Below, piece by piece: positions 1-10,151 of a stretch of 36,675 nucleotides of DNA. Source of the stretch: Sulfuricurvum sp. (GTDB lineage: Bacteria; Campylobacterota; Campylobacteria; Campylobacterales; Sulfurimonadaceae); contig JACXUE010000001.1 in assembly GCA_014764075.1 (NCBI GenBank), forward strand, positions 1 to 36,675. The letters are read 5' to 3'. Made by a program: the position numbers and the translations under genes. Each line of letters begins with the position of its first letter. The stretch's first letter is position 1. A model generated the notes under the pieces. It was given only the letters and a program-made list of their open reading frames with translations. It ran no database searches and was not told the DNA's origin.

Positions 1-179
1 CGCTCGAGCATTTTGAGGGTTTTTGCCGATCCGTATGCAAGGGCATTGGAGCTGAGCATCTCACTCACCGTCAAATCGGCACCGAATTTTTTGACCACGT
101 TGCGAAACGGCAGATCGGTATATCCGGCTAGCGGAGCTAATGCGTAGATGGGGTTAGAAAAATCAAGTTTGGATGTCAT
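1..179 (-). CDS. dusB: tRNA-dihydrouridine synthase (5' part; runs off the window edge)
   Basis: Manual translation from ATG at 179: MTSKLDFSNPIYALAPLAGYTDLPFRNVVKKFGADLTVSEMLSSNAL..., matching the Dus-family LAP[ML]AGxTDxxFR...SEM motif. Not in the ORF track because it is truncated. Confidence 0.88.
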   Translation of the reverse strand, partial: MTSKLDFSNPIYALAPLAGYTDLPFRNVVKKFGADLTVSEMLSSNALAYGSAKTLKMLE

Positions 180-186
180 TGTGTAC

Positions 187-250
187 CTGCAAGACGATTA
201 TTTTCGCCCTTTTGGGCGAAGCTTCAGTGCCATAGCGGCACGTTAAACAA
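187..250 (-). ncRNA. Candidate structured intergenic RNA or repeat element (two hairpins in a three-way junction) upstream of dusB
   Basis: Perfect stems TTCGCCC-TTTT-GGGCGAA (203-220) and GTGCC-ATAGC-GGCAC (227-241); imperfect closing stem between 241-250 and 187-196. Function unknown. Confidence 0.4.
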
Positions 251-253
251 AAG

Positions 254-1273
254 TTAACTGCGGTTGAGGAAGATAGCAATATCGTAGTGCTTGTTCGCTT
301 TTTTCAAATCTCGATACGCTTTGAAAATCAGATAATCATTGTTAGACGTATTATTCAAAATCTCATTCGCCGTATCGATCATTTGAAAATCATACAACGT
401 GTAAAGATACCCTTCCATAGCATCGTCATTGTTTTCGCTCAACATCTCAAAAAGACGAATACGTTGTTCAGGGAGCATATTTTTTGACATCGCCTGAGAA
501 AGATTGATCCAATCTTTGGTCTCAAGTTTCAACCCAGAGAAAATAGAGACCAGCTCATCGTTGCTGATTTGAATGCCGTTTTCACTTGCATTGATCCGTT
601 GAACAAAATCGAGCAACGATGCTTTGGTGAAAAGGTGTTTGAATTTCATGACCGATCCGACCGAAGCGGTTTTAACATACGATTCATAGGCTTTAGCGCA
701 AACGATTTCACCGTAGCTCTCCGGTCGAGACAGAATGCTGTCTGCATCTATCTCACCACGTTCAAAACGGTTTAGGTTATTTTGAATCACGATTGAAGAG
801 GTTGAAGGCAAATGGAATTTTTTGATATCCACATTTTTCTTTTCTTTGACATCCCGCATCAATTGAAGCGCTTCATCGATCTTTTCATTACCGATAGAAC
901 GAAGAGTTTCATACGGTATGATCATCGAGTTATCGATCAATTTTCCCATCAGTTTGTAGGCGTTGCTTTTGTAAGCGTAGTTGCGCTCACTCACACCGAG
1001 CAACGAATCGCGCAATGCGTCAATCATTTTTTCGTGATCTTTATCTAAACGGCGCAGTTTATAATTTCCGACAAGTGCATAAACACCCATGTGAAGCAAA
1101 CTCGCCAAATACATGATAACAAGCGGTACCACTACCCAAAAAGCGATCGGAAGATTTGGAAAATGGATCCCTAACAAATCAAATGAAATTGTTCCGTTAT
1201 CAATGGAATAGACCGCCATAGCGACTAAAATCATCAAGATAAAAGATGCGATAGTGTAGCGTTTTAGTTGCAT
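254..1273 (-). CDS. Conserved membrane protein with two N-terminal TM helices (LapA-like N-terminus), unknown function
   Basis: Two hydrophobic segments in the first 70 aa, then a helical soluble domain. Sits between dksA and dusB as in the Campylobacter accD-rlmH-dksA cluster. Confidence 0.75.
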   Translation of the reverse strand: MQLKRYTIASFILMILVAMAVYSIDNGTISFDLLGIHFPNLPIAFWVVVPLVIMYLASLLHMGVYALVGNYKLRRLDKDHEKMIDALRDSLLGVSERNYAYKSNAYKLMGKLIDNSMIIPYETLRSIGNEKIDEALQLMRDVKEKKNVDIKKFHLPSTSSIVIQNNLNRFERGEIDADSILSRPESYGEIVCAKAYESYVKTASVGSVMKFKHLFTKASLLDFVQRINASENGIQISNDELVSIFSGLKLETKDWINLSQAMSKNMLPEQRIRLFEMLSENNDDAMEGYLYTLYDFQMIDTANEILNNTSNNDYLIFKAYRDLKKANKHYDIAIFLNRS

Positions 1274-1287
1274 TCTCTCCCCCCGAT

Positions 1288-1644
1288 TTAGTGTTTATTT
1301 TTTTCGACAATCGGTCGGCATACGATACAATATTTCGCATGCGGTTTCACTTTTAAGCGCTGAAAACCGATCTCATCTTCACACATTTCGCAAATACCGT
1401 ACTGCTTGGTTTTGATTTTTTCCAATGCCATCTCAATCTCTTCGAGTTCATGCATTTGCTGAAAACCGATCGCATTCTCAACTAAATTGTCATTGCTTGC
1501 AGAAGCATAATCACCTTCGTCGTTAAGTTCCATATCACGCAACTGATTCATTTCGCTTTCAACACCGGTTAGATTTTTGATAATCTGAGCTTTTCGCGTC
1601 AACAATATTTCCTCGAAATAATGCAACTCATGGTCTCTCATCAA
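1288..1644 (-). CDS. dksA: RNA polymerase-binding protein DksA
   Basis: Coiled coil with DEGDYAS (DxxDxA) tip and C4 zinc finger CEMC...CIVC; GGAG RBS upstream. Confidence 0.93.
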   Translation of the reverse strand: MMRDHELHYFEEILLTRKAQIIKNLTGVESEMNQLRDMELNDEGDYASASNDNLVENAIGFQQMHELEEIEMALEKIKTKQYGICEMCEDEIGFQRLKVKPHAKYCIVCRPIVEKNKH

Positions 1645-1650
1645 TGCTCC

Positions 1651-2109
1651 TCATTTGTGATACGGATGGTTTGCTGCTAAAGAATAGGCACGGTATATCT
1701 GCTCCAATAAAACAGCTTTGGCGATTTTGTGACTCATCGTCATCTCAGAGAGACTAATAGCAACATCGCACCGTTCTACAAAGCTTTTTTCAAAGCCATA
1801 CGCCCCACCGATAAAAAATTGCACCGAGATTTTATCACTTATAAGCTTACTAAATGCAAAACTATCCAGTTTCTTTCCCTCAGGATGCAACGCAATCGAG
1901 TAATTTCTACCCAACATTGGAGATAATAATTTCGAATACGCCGCTTGAGAGGCTTCAGGACTAATCGTATGAGCCTTGACAACGTCTTTGGGAAACAGCT
2001 CGATATCCTCTACTTTGGCAAAACGGGAGATCATTTTCATCTGCTCTTGATAAAGAGGATCATAGAGTGAACGCTCTTTTTTCGCTATCGTGATAATCGA
2101 AATGTTCAT
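1651..2109 (-). CDS. rlmH: 23S rRNA pseudouridine-1915 N3-methyltransferase
   Basis: SPOUT motifs [26 protein letters not shown]...HPYHK. Confidence 0.95.
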   Translation of the reverse strand: MNISIITIAKKERSLYDPLYQEQMKMISRFAKVEDIELFPKDVVKAHTISPEASQAAYSKLLSPMLGRNYSIALHPEGKKLDSFAFSKLISDKISVQFFIGGAYGFEKSFVERCDVAISLSEMTMSHKIAKAVLLEQIYRAYSLAANHPYHK

Positions 2110-2666
2110 AACAATCCCGATCCTATAACTCGATAAGTCACATGCTCAAAATAATCATCCAACCTTACTCCACCGATCGCCGCAACAGGGTGTTTGGAGT
2201 ATGCGGCAATGGCGTCGAGCGACTCACCCAACACTTTGGCATCCGATTTTGTATCGGTGGAGCGATAAGCACCCAAACCAACATAGTTGATATCCAGAGT
2301 ATTGGCAATTTCAATTTCGTGAATATTATGCGTAGAGAGTCCGATGATTTTATCTTCACCGATCGCCATTTTGAGAATTTTTATCGCACGGGAGGGGATC
2401 GGATTAATCGCGTAAAGATCTTCTTGACCGATGTGGATGCCATCGCAAAAACCGGAGAGTTCATAATGGTCGTTAACGATTAAAAACCCGTTCCAAAACT
2501 TACGCAAAGCGATCAAATCGGATTTGATAGAGGCGATATCGCCGCGTTTGTTACGGTATTGAAGCACTTCAGCACCGAGAGATGTAGCACGAGCGACAAA
2601 AGCGGCAAGATCACTCCCGCTTTGTCGAATCATATCGACATCGCAAAGGGCGTAAAGTTTTGTCAT
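2106..2666 (-). CDS. thiE: Thiamine-phosphate synthase family protein (short form)
   Basis: [25 protein letters not shown] and AIGG motifs. Confidence 0.8.
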   Translation of the reverse strand: MTKLYALCDVDMIRQSGSDLAAFVARATSLGAEVLQYRNKRGDIASIKSDLIALRKFWNGFLIVNDHYELSGFCDGIHIGQEDLYAINPIPSRAIKILKMAIGEDKIIGLSTHNIHEIEIANTLDINYVGLGAYRSTDTKSDAKVLGESLDAIAAYSKHPVAAIGGVRLDDYFEHVTYRVIGSGLL

Positions 2667-3508
2667 TGAGGAAGAAGCAATCTAAGCATGTCGCTGAGAG
2701 TCTCTTTGAGTTCACTCCGTTCCACGATCATATCGATAGAACCTTTTTCGAGCAAGAACTCGGCACGCTGGAACCCATCGGGTAAATCGCTACCGATGGT
2801 TTGCTTAATAACACGCTGACCGGCAAAGCCGACCAACGCCCCAGGCTCGGCAATGATGATATCTCCTAGTGTTGCAAAAGAGGCACTCACACCCCCCATT
2901 GTTGGATCGGTCAAAAGTGAGATATACGGGAGTTTCGCATCGGAGAGTTTTGCCAAAGCCGCAGAAGTTTTGGACATTTGCATCAGAGAAAACGTACTCT
3001 CCTGCATCCGCGCACCACCGCTGGCACTGACAATGATCAACCCTTGACGCTTTTCAAGTGCACGATTAACCGCACGTACGATTTTTTCCCCCTCAACCGA
3101 TCCTAATGACCCCCCCATAAAGTTGAAATCAAATACGACCAGTTGCGTCGGGACATCGTTGATCGTACACTCTCCACTCATTACGGAAGAATAGGTACCG
3201 TTTTTTGCATATCCCTCTTCGACGCGTGCCGCATAACTCTTTTTATCGACAAAGTTCAACGGATCGACAGGACGGAGATTAGCGTCACATTCGACAAAGC
3301 TCCCCTCATCGGCGATGAGAGCAAGGCGCTCTTTGACCCCAATTCGGAGGTGATGTCCGCATTTGGGACAAACGTGATTTTGCTTTTCAATCTCTTTGTA
3401 GTACATCAACGACTGACACGAGGGGCATTTTACCCAGTGAGACGGAGCCTCGCTTTTGGTGGGTTGTTTTTTCTTTTTGGAGTCCCCGAACAGGTTAAAT
3501 AGGCTCAA
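2663..3508 (-). CDS. accD: Acetyl-CoA carboxylase carboxyltransferase beta subunit
   Basis: WVKCPSC...CPKC zinc finger, FMGGSLGSVEGEK, SGGARMQE, PTMGGVSASFA, GFAGQRVI. Confidence 0.97.
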   Translation of the reverse strand: MSLFNLFGDSKKKKQPTKSEAPSHWVKCPSCQSLMYYKEIEKQNHVCPKCGHHLRIGVKERLALIADEGSFVECDANLRPVDPLNFVDKKSYAARVEEGYAKNGTYSSVMSGECTINDVPTQLVVFDFNFMGGSLGSVEGEKIVRAVNRALEKRQGLIIVSASGGARMQESTFSLMQMSKTSAALAKLSDAKLPYISLLTDPTMGGVSASFATLGDIIIAEPGALVGFAGQRVIKQTIGSDLPDGFQRAEFLLEKGSIDMIVERSELKETLSDMLRLLLPQ

Positions 3509-4242
3509 AAATACTCCTTTTCTACAATCAAACGTATCTGCTCAAAAAGCGTTTTATCCGCACATATCAGGATATATCGATCATCATTAAACACATAAAG
3601 ATGTTTGCTAAGATATAGCCCTGCTTGGATATCGTAAGGTCGCATTGTACCCAAAAATAGCACATATTTCACATAAGGGGCATACGCCAATGAGAGAGCC
3701 AGTGCCCCGGGGGATCTGAATTTGAGCTTTTGTGCCATCAGTTTTCGGACTAATTCAGGGTGTTCCGGCGCTTTTTCAAAAAGACCGATTTTTGCCGATC
3801 CATTGGTGATAATCGTCTCTTTAACGTTGCTCTCTGTGAGGGAAGTGCGGTAATACTCATTCTCTGTTCGGACAAACACATCTCCGTTGGCAAGATTGCA
3901 GACTAAGGCTTCAGTTGTCGTACCATCAACGACACGGGCAATAGAAACACCATAATAGGGAAGACGAGAGATAAAATTGTCGCTTCCATCAATCGGATCG
4001 AGATAAATATTAGTAGTCGATTGTGGAGACATCCATCCACTCTCTTCGGAAAAAACCGACCCGAAGGGGGAAAGATGTTTAAAACAGATTTTTTCGGCTT
4101 TGAGATCGATACCGTTGCTGATATCTCCCCCAAACCCTTGCTCATGCAGCTCAAATAAGCTATTACTCCCCTCTTTAATCAAAGAGGCGATCTCGTGACA
4201 CGCCTGAATCGATGCGTGAATAAATTCCGATGATTCTTTCAT
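3505..4242 (-). CDS. Inositol monophosphatase family protein
   Basis: SEE and LDPIDGSDNF metal-binding motifs; RSPGALAL and DIQAG segments. Confidence 0.88.
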   Translation of the reverse strand: MKESSEFIHASIQACHEIASLIKEGSNSLFELHEQGFGGDISNGIDLKAEKICFKHLSPFGSVFSEESGWMSPQSTTNIYLDPIDGSDNFISRLPYYGVSIARVVDGTTTEALVCNLANGDVFVRTENEYYRTSLTESNVKETIITNGSAKIGLFEKAPEHPELVRKLMAQKLKFRSPGALALSLAYAPYVKYVLFLGTMRPYDIQAGLYLSKHLYVFNDDRYILICADKTLFEQIRLIVEKEYF

Positions 4243-4273
4243 CTCTACAATAAACTTTTCAGCGTCTCAATAG

Positions 4274-5617
4274 TTATCCGTCAAACGCTGCGGTAACGAC
4301 CAAATCGGCTCCGCGATAGCAATCTCCGCCGGCGTAGATTCCCGCCGTCGTTGTTTCATGTTTATCGTTGAGGACGATACCGCCCCAGCTGTTTACTTCG
4401 ATGCCGTTTTCCGCCAAGAAAGCAGGAACACACGGATCAAAGCCCAACGCCATGATAATCACGTCAGCGTTGACGTTGAAATCGCCCCCTTTGACCTCTT
4501 CCATTTTTTGGCGTCCTGATTCGTCTTTGGCACCCAAAACTGTTTTCGCCATATGGATACCGACCGCTTTGCCGCTCTCGTTTAGGATCACCTCTTTAGG
4601 AGAAGCGTTGAATGTAAAATCAACCCCCTCCTCGATAGCGTTTTTATACTCTTTGACCGAACCTGGCATATTGTGCGCGTCACGGCGATAAAGACAGGTG
4701 ACGTTTTTAGCCCCTTCGCGTTTTGCGGTACGGACACAGTCCATAGCGGTATCACCACCCCCTACTACGACAACATCGAGATCTTTGAAATCGAATTTTT
4801 TATCATAGGTGAGACCAAAATTTTTACGCTGGATCGCAGTGAGATATTCCATCGCGGTGAATACATTGGAGGCGTTCTCCCCCGTAATGTTTGCCCCTTT
4901 GCTTTTGGTGGCGCCGATACCGATAAAAACAGCATCATGCTGGTTGGCAATAGCATCGAACTCGATATCTTTTCCCACTTCGCACTCAGTGATTAGGGTC
5001 AAACCAGCCTCTTTGAGGAGGTTGACACGACGCTCAACCACTTTTTTATCCAATTTGAAATTCGGGATACCGTAGGTCAACAATCCTCCCGCACGGTCTG
5101 AGCGCTCGTACATCGTAACAGCAATACCTGAGCGGAGCAAATAGGTAGCCGCAGAGAGTCCCGCAGGACCTGAACCGATTACCGCCACTTTTTTATCCGT
5201 AGTCACCCCCGGAAAAAATGGTTTAAGACCTTGCTTGAATCCCTCTTCGTTGATAAATGTCTCAACTCCACCGATGGTAATCGCACCGTGACCGTCATTG
5301 AGAGTACAGTCCCCTTCACACAATCGATCGTGCGGACAAACACGCCCCATCACTTCGGGAAACGGTGAGGGCTCATTGGAGAGTTTGAACGCAAACGCCA
5401 AATCTTTCTCTGCAACCGCCTTGAGCCATTGTGGGATATAATTGTGCAACGGACACTTGTTCAAACAAAATGGATCACCGCATTGGATACACCGATCACT
5501 CTGTGGCGTAGCGTCGCTGGCGCTCATCGGTTCGTAAATTTCGCTGAAATCTTTAAGACGTTGTAATACCAAGCGCTTGGTAGGATCGATTCGCTCAATC
5601 GTTAAAAATTCTCTCAT
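4274..5617 (-). CDS. gltD: Glutamate synthase small (beta) subunit; C-terminus appears truncated
   Basis: RCIQCGDPFCLNKCP and GRVCPHDRLCEGDC Fe-S motifs, IGSGPAGL FAD site, GGGDTAMDC NAD(P)H site. Ends abruptly at VVTAAFDG. Confidence 0.95.
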   Translation of the reverse strand: MREFLTIERIDPTKRLVLQRLKDFSEIYEPMSASDATPQSDRCIQCGDPFCLNKCPLHNYIPQWLKAVAEKDLAFAFKLSNEPSPFPEVMGRVCPHDRLCEGDCTLNDGHGAITIGGVETFINEEGFKQGLKPFFPGVTTDKKVAVIGSGPAGLSAATYLLRSGIAVTMYERSDRAGGLLTYGIPNFKLDKKVVERRVNLLKEAGLTLITECEVGKDIEFDAIANQHDAVFIGIGATKSKGANITGENASNVFTAMEYLTAIQRKNFGLTYDKKFDFKDLDVVVVGGGDTAMDCVRTAKREGAKNVTCLYRRDAHNMPGSVKEYKNAIEEGVDFTFNASPKEVILNESGKAVGIHMAKTVLGAKDESGRQKMEEVKGGDFNVNADVIIMALGFDPCVPAFLAENGIEVNSWGGIVLNDKHETTTAGIYAGGDCYRGADLVVTAAFDG

Positions 5618-5622
5618 ACTAA

Positions 5623-8600
5623 TTAATCCCCTTTATCCGGATTGAGTGGCAATTTGGTTAAGTTTTTTGGACGGATAAGCCAAAAATTACGAATTTCGAC
5701 ACGGAAGTTTTTAAGCAACTCTTGCGCCATTTCACTTTCGGTTTCAGCAACATACTCTTTTAACAAACGTTTGAGATAGTGACGAGCTTCATCACCATCA
5801 TCGGTATCGATACGGAGCACATCGATGAGTTCACGGTTGACGTTTTCGACAAAACTGTGATCCGAATCGTAGACAAATGCAAAACCGCCTGTCATCCCAG
5901 CACCGAAATTGATGCCCGTTTTACCGAGAATCACCACAACCCCTCCGGTCATGTATTCACACGCGTTGTCTCCCGTCCCCTCGACGATCGCCAATGCTCC
6001 AGAGTTACGAACCGCGAAACGCTCGCCGACCGAACCGGAGATGAACAATTTACCCCCTGTCGCACCATACAGACAAGTGTTACCGCCGGCACTGAACGCT
6101 TCCCCTTGATTTTGGGAGCGGATGACGATTTTACCGCCGTGCATCCCTTTGCCGATATAATCGTTCGCTACCCCTTCGAGGCGGATAGAGACACCGTTAA
6201 TAAGGAATGCTCCGAGTGCTTGACCCGCGATCCCTTTGAGATTGATTTTGATCGTGTTATTTTTGAGACCTGCATCTCCGTAGTATTGGGCGATTTCACC
6301 GCTGATACGGGCACCGAAGCTGCGGTTTAGGTTACAGATATCTCGGACGATTTTGACCGGACGATCGGGATTTTTAATCGCATCCATCGCTTCGGCCAAA
6401 ACATCCTGCTCAAATTCGTTCAGATCAAACGGTTCATTACTCGCTGATTGGCACGTATTAACCCCCTCTTCGCGGTGAAGGATCGAGCTGAAATCGAATT
6501 TTTTCGCAAACTCATTGTCGATCACTTGAAGTAAATCGCTCCGTCCAATCAACTCTTCCATGGTTTTATAACCAAGCTGAGCCATAATCTTACGGACATC
6601 TTCGGCCAAATAGGTAAAATAGTTGATCAACTGCTCAACCGTCCCCTCAAAATACTCGCTACGGAGTTTTTCGTTTTGGGTTGCAATACCAACCGAACAT
6701 TTGTTGACGTGACAGATGCGGAGCATTTTACACCCAATAATCGTCAATGCACCCGTACCGAACGCATAACTCTCAGCACCCAACAAGGCCGCTTTGACAA
6801 TATCCATCCCTGTTTTGAGTCCGCCGTCGGTTTGTACATGAACCAATCCGCGTAGGTTGTTCGCTTTAAGGGCGTTATGAGCTTCGGAGAGCCCAAGTTC
6901 CCACGGATTCCCCGCGAATTTGATCGAGGTGAGCGGAGCCGCACCGGTACCGCCATCACCGCCGGAGATGATGATTTTATCGGCATACGCTTTGGCAACA
7001 CCAGCCGCTATCGTACCAACACCCGCAGAGGAGACCAATTTGACCGCTACCGTCGCATTTGGATTGACCTGTTTCATATCAAAAATAAGCTGTGCTAGAT
7101 CCTCGATCGAATAGATATCGTGATGAGGCGGAGGTGAAATGAGGGTGACTCCCGGCATTGTGTAACGAAGACGTGCAATCAGACCGCTAACTTTGTGACC
7201 CGGCAACTGTCCACCCTCACCCGGTTTTGCCCCTTGGGCTATTTTGATCTGAATCTCTTCGGCTGAGCGTAAGTACGCCGGAGTGACCCCAAAGCGTCCC
7301 GATGCAACCTGTTTGATTTTCGAATTTTTGAGGGTTCCGAAACGTGCAGCGTCTTCTCCCCCTTCACCCGAGTTACTTTGAGCACCGATGGTGTTCATCG
7401 CTACCGCCAAACACTCGTGCGCTTCCGGAGAGATAGACCCCAGTGACATTGCCGCCGAAGCAAAACGTTTAAAAATAGCCTCTTTCGGTTCAACTTCGCT
7501 GATGTCGATAGGAGAGCGATCCGATTTAAATTCAAAGAAATCGCGGATAAATTTTTGACCGCGACCGTTAATGAGAGCGCTCAATTTATCAAAGTCTTCG
7601 CGTTTGCCCGTTTTGGAGACCTTGTGGATCGCATGGATCACATCCGGATTGAAATCGTGGTGCTCTTGACCGTTGTAAAATTTGTAGTACCCACCGATTT
7701 TGAGAGGAAAAATACGGTTGAAGCCGTTAACCTCAAACGCGTCTTTATGATTTCGTTCCAACCGCGCATCGATATCTTCATAGCTGAGCCCAGGAATCAT
7801 CACGTGTGATTCTCCAAAACATTCATGCACGATTTCACGACTCAATCCGATCACGTCGAACAATCCTGAGTTACGATACGATGCGATCGTTGAGATACCC
7901 ATTTTTGACATAATTTTCAGAAGTCCGGCATTGAGAGCATGATGGATCGATTTGAACGCTTCGGAGCAACTGATTTCATTTTTGTGCTGATCAATATGAG
8001 ATGCTGCCGTCGCAAACAGCAACGACGGATAGATCGCGCTCGCACCGTAAGCGATGAGTATTGCCGCACCGTGCGAATCGATCACCTCGGAGGTACACGC
8101 GACAATCGATGCCAAATGGCGGATTTTTGCATCCAACAACGCACGACTGATACGCCCTACCGCCATCGCCATCGGAATCACTTTGTGCTCTTTATCAAAA
8201 CAGCTGTCATCGAGGATGACAATGCGAACACCCTCTTCGCGTACCGCTTTGATCACCTGAGCGACCAACGCTTCAAGCGCAGGTTTCAATGCGCCGCTAA
8301 ATGCGGTTGAAAAGGTGCCATTAGTATAAAACGACTGATAGCGAGGCGATTTTTTGTCCCCGAACGATTTGAGTACATCGAGCTTTTCACGGGTGACAAT
8401 CGGAGAGATTGCCTTCAAACGGTGCGCATGTGTCGGGATTTCATCCAAAATGTTGTGTGTTTCGCCAAATCCAGTATTCAAACTCATAACCACTTTTTCA
8501 CGGATCGGGTCGATCGGCGGGTTGGTCACTTGGGCAAAACGTTGTTTGAAATAATCGCTGAAATGACGTTGAACAGAGCTGAACGCCGCCAGCGGAGTAT

Positions 8601-10068
8601 CATCACCCATCGATCCAACGGCCTCTTTTCCCTCGCGAATCATCGGCTCAATCACTTGCTCGATCACCTCTTGGGTAATATTAAAATAGCGTTGGCGTTC
8701 AACAATATTGCTATCGTCGTACTCACAGCGGGTGACGTATTGCTCTTCCACATGCTCTTGAAGATAGATCATGTGATCATTAAGCCATTTCATGTATGGG
8801 TTTGAGGATTTTAGATATTGATTAATGTCTTCGTCTTTGAGTACTTTCCCGAATTTCAGATCCAAACCGATCATTTGCCCCGACTGAAGGCGTCCGCGCT
8901 CTTTGATCTGATCTTCACTAATATCGATCACCCCGTATTCACTAGCGATCAAAAGGGTATCGTCATGAGTGATGATGTATTTAGAAGGGCGCAAACCGTT
9001 ACGATCAAGGACACACCCGATGTAGCGTCCATCCGTCAATGAAAACGCTGCAGGACCATCCCACGCTTCAAACACGGTAGAGTGGTACTCGTAAAACGCC
9101 CTGAGCTGAGGATCCATGTGCGGAGCATTTTGCCATGGTGCGGGGATGACGGCACGAGCCGCTTTGAAAAAATCCATCCCGTTGGCGATCAAAAATTCAA
9201 AAAAGTTATCAGCACTTGCACTGTCCGAGGCACCCGGCTGGAGAATCGGTAAAAGACGCGCAATCTCTTCGTCGGTAAAGACGTCACTTTTGATTGACTC
9301 GGATTTAACCGCTACGTTAAAACGGTTGGCTTCAACCGAGTTGATCTCACCGTTGTGGGCAATCGCACGGAATGGTTGAGCCAAACGCCATTTCGGCAAT
9401 GTATTGGTAGAAAAACGTTGGTGAAAGAGGGCAAAAGAGATTTTAAAATTTTCGTCTTGCAAATCGGTATAAAACTCTTTGATGTGGGTTGGCATAATCA
9501 ACCCTTTGTACGATACGACACGTGCAGACATCGACGGGATATAAAAATCGGCATCGTTAACCAAGGCATGCTCGATCTCTTTACGGCTCAGATAGAGCAA
9601 TGCGTCAAACCGTTGGGTCGCCATAAGCGAGTTCGGTGTGATAAAAATATGGTGGATTGAGGGGAGCGTACTGAGGGCTTGTTCTCCCAGTGCGTTCGTA
9701 TCGACCGGTACGGTGCGGTTTAATACTACTTTGAGATCATTGGCATTACAAATTTTTTCAAATACCTCCAGATTCGACGCATCACGGGTAAATACCACCG
9801 CTACAGCGTACATTTCAGGAAGCTCTACTCCCACTTCAGTAGCCGTTGCACGCATAAATTCATGAGGCATGGAGAGGAGCAACCCGCTCCCATCTCCTGT
9901 CTTACCGTCAGCCGCTACAGCTCCACGGTGCATCATACGCTCCAATGCGGTAATAGCGTTTTCCAAGTTTTCATGCGAAGGACGGTTTTTGATGTTCGCA
10001 ATCAAACCGAATCCGCAGTTATCTTTAAATGATCGTAATAGGTCTTGGTATTCCACTCTAATCGTCAC
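5623..10068 (-). CDS. gltB: Glutamate synthase large (alpha) subunit
   Basis: Short propeptide then CGFG N-terminal nucleophile, HQRFSTNT, WDGPA, AQGAKPGEGGQLPG, CxxxxxCxxxxC 3Fe-4S motif, GXGXG C-terminal repeats. The true start may be the second GTG (MEYQD). Confidence 0.98.
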   Translation of the reverse strand: MTIRVEYQDLLRSFKDNCGFGLIANIKNRPSHENLENAITALERMMHRGAVAADGKTGDGSGLLLSMPHEFMRATATEVGVELPEMYAVAVVFTRDASNLEVFEKICNANDLKVVLNRTVPVDTNALGEQALSTLPSIHHIFITPNSLMATQRFDALLYLSRKEIEHALVNDADFYIPSMSARVVSYKGLIMPTHIKEFYTDLQDENFKISFALFHQRFSTNTLPKWRLAQPFRAIAHNGEINSVEANRFNVAVKSESIKSDVFTDEEIARLLPILQPGASDSASADNFFEFLIANGMDFFKAARAVIPAPWQNAPHMDPQLRAFYEYHSTVFEAWDGPAAFSLTDGRYIGCVLDRNGLRPSKYIITHDDTLLIASEYGVIDISEDQIKERGRLQSGQMIGLDLKFGKVLKDEDINQYLKSSNPYMKWLNDHMIYLQEHVEEQYVTRCEYDDSNIVERQRYFNITQEVIEQVIEPMIREGKEAVGSMGDDTPLAAFSSVQRHFSDYFKQRFAQVTNPPIDPIREKVVMSLNTGFGETHNILDEIPTHAHRLKAISPIVTREKLDVLKSFGDKKSPRYQSFYTNGTFSTAFSGALKPALEALVAQVIKAVREEGVRIVILDDSCFDKEHKVIPMAMAVGRISRALLDAKIRHLASIVACTSEVIDSHGAAILIAYGASAIYPSLLFATAASHIDQHKNEISCSEAFKSIHHALNAGLLKIMSKMGISTIASYRNSGLFDVIGLSREIVHECFGESHVMIPGLSYEDIDARLERNHKDAFEVNGFNRIFPLKIGGYYKFYNGQEHHDFNPDVIHAIHKVSKTGKREDFDKLSALINGRGQKFIRDFFEFKSDRSPIDISEVEPKEAIFKRFASAAMSLGSISPEAHECLAVAMNTIGAQSNSGEGGEDAARFGTLKNSKIKQVASGRFGVTPAYLRSAEEIQIKIAQGAKPGEGGQLPGHKVSGLIARLRYTMPGVTLISPPPHHDIYSIEDLAQLIFDMKQVNPNATVAVKLVSSAGVGTIAAGVAKAYADKIIISGGDGGTGAAPLTSIKFAGNPWELGLSEAHNALKANNLRGLVHVQTDGGLKTGMDIVKAALLGAESYAFGTGALTIIGCKMLRICHVNKCSVGIATQNEKLRSEYFEGTVEQLINYFTYLAEDVRKIMAQLGYKTMEELIGRSDLLQVIDNEFAKKFDFSSILHREEGVNTCQSASNEPFDLNEFEQDVLAEAMDAIKNPDRPVKIVRDICNLNRSFGARISGEIAQYYGDAGLKNNTIKINLKGIAGQALGAFLINGVSIRLEGVANDYIGKGMHGGKIVIRSQNQGEAFSAGGNTCLYGATGGKLFISGSVGERFAVRNSGALAIVEGTGDNACEYMTGGVVVILGKTGINFGAGMTGGFAFVYDSDHSFVENVNRELIDVLRIDTDDGDEARHYLKRLLKEYVAETESEMAQELLKNFRVEIRNFWLIRPKNLTKLPLNPDKGD

Positions 10069-10151
10069 CTTTCACCGGATAATTCCGACAAATTTGTATT
10101 TTTTAATCTCTTTTTAAACATTCTTAGTTTAAAGAGGGATGAAATTTTTTT

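Noticed and set aside
187-250. Call as a canonical hammerhead ribozyme or a rho-independent terminator
   Set aside because: The core has CUGAAGC plus extra bases instead of CUGANGA, with no properly placed NUH; there is no U-tract on the transcribed strand. Kept only as an unassigned structured element.
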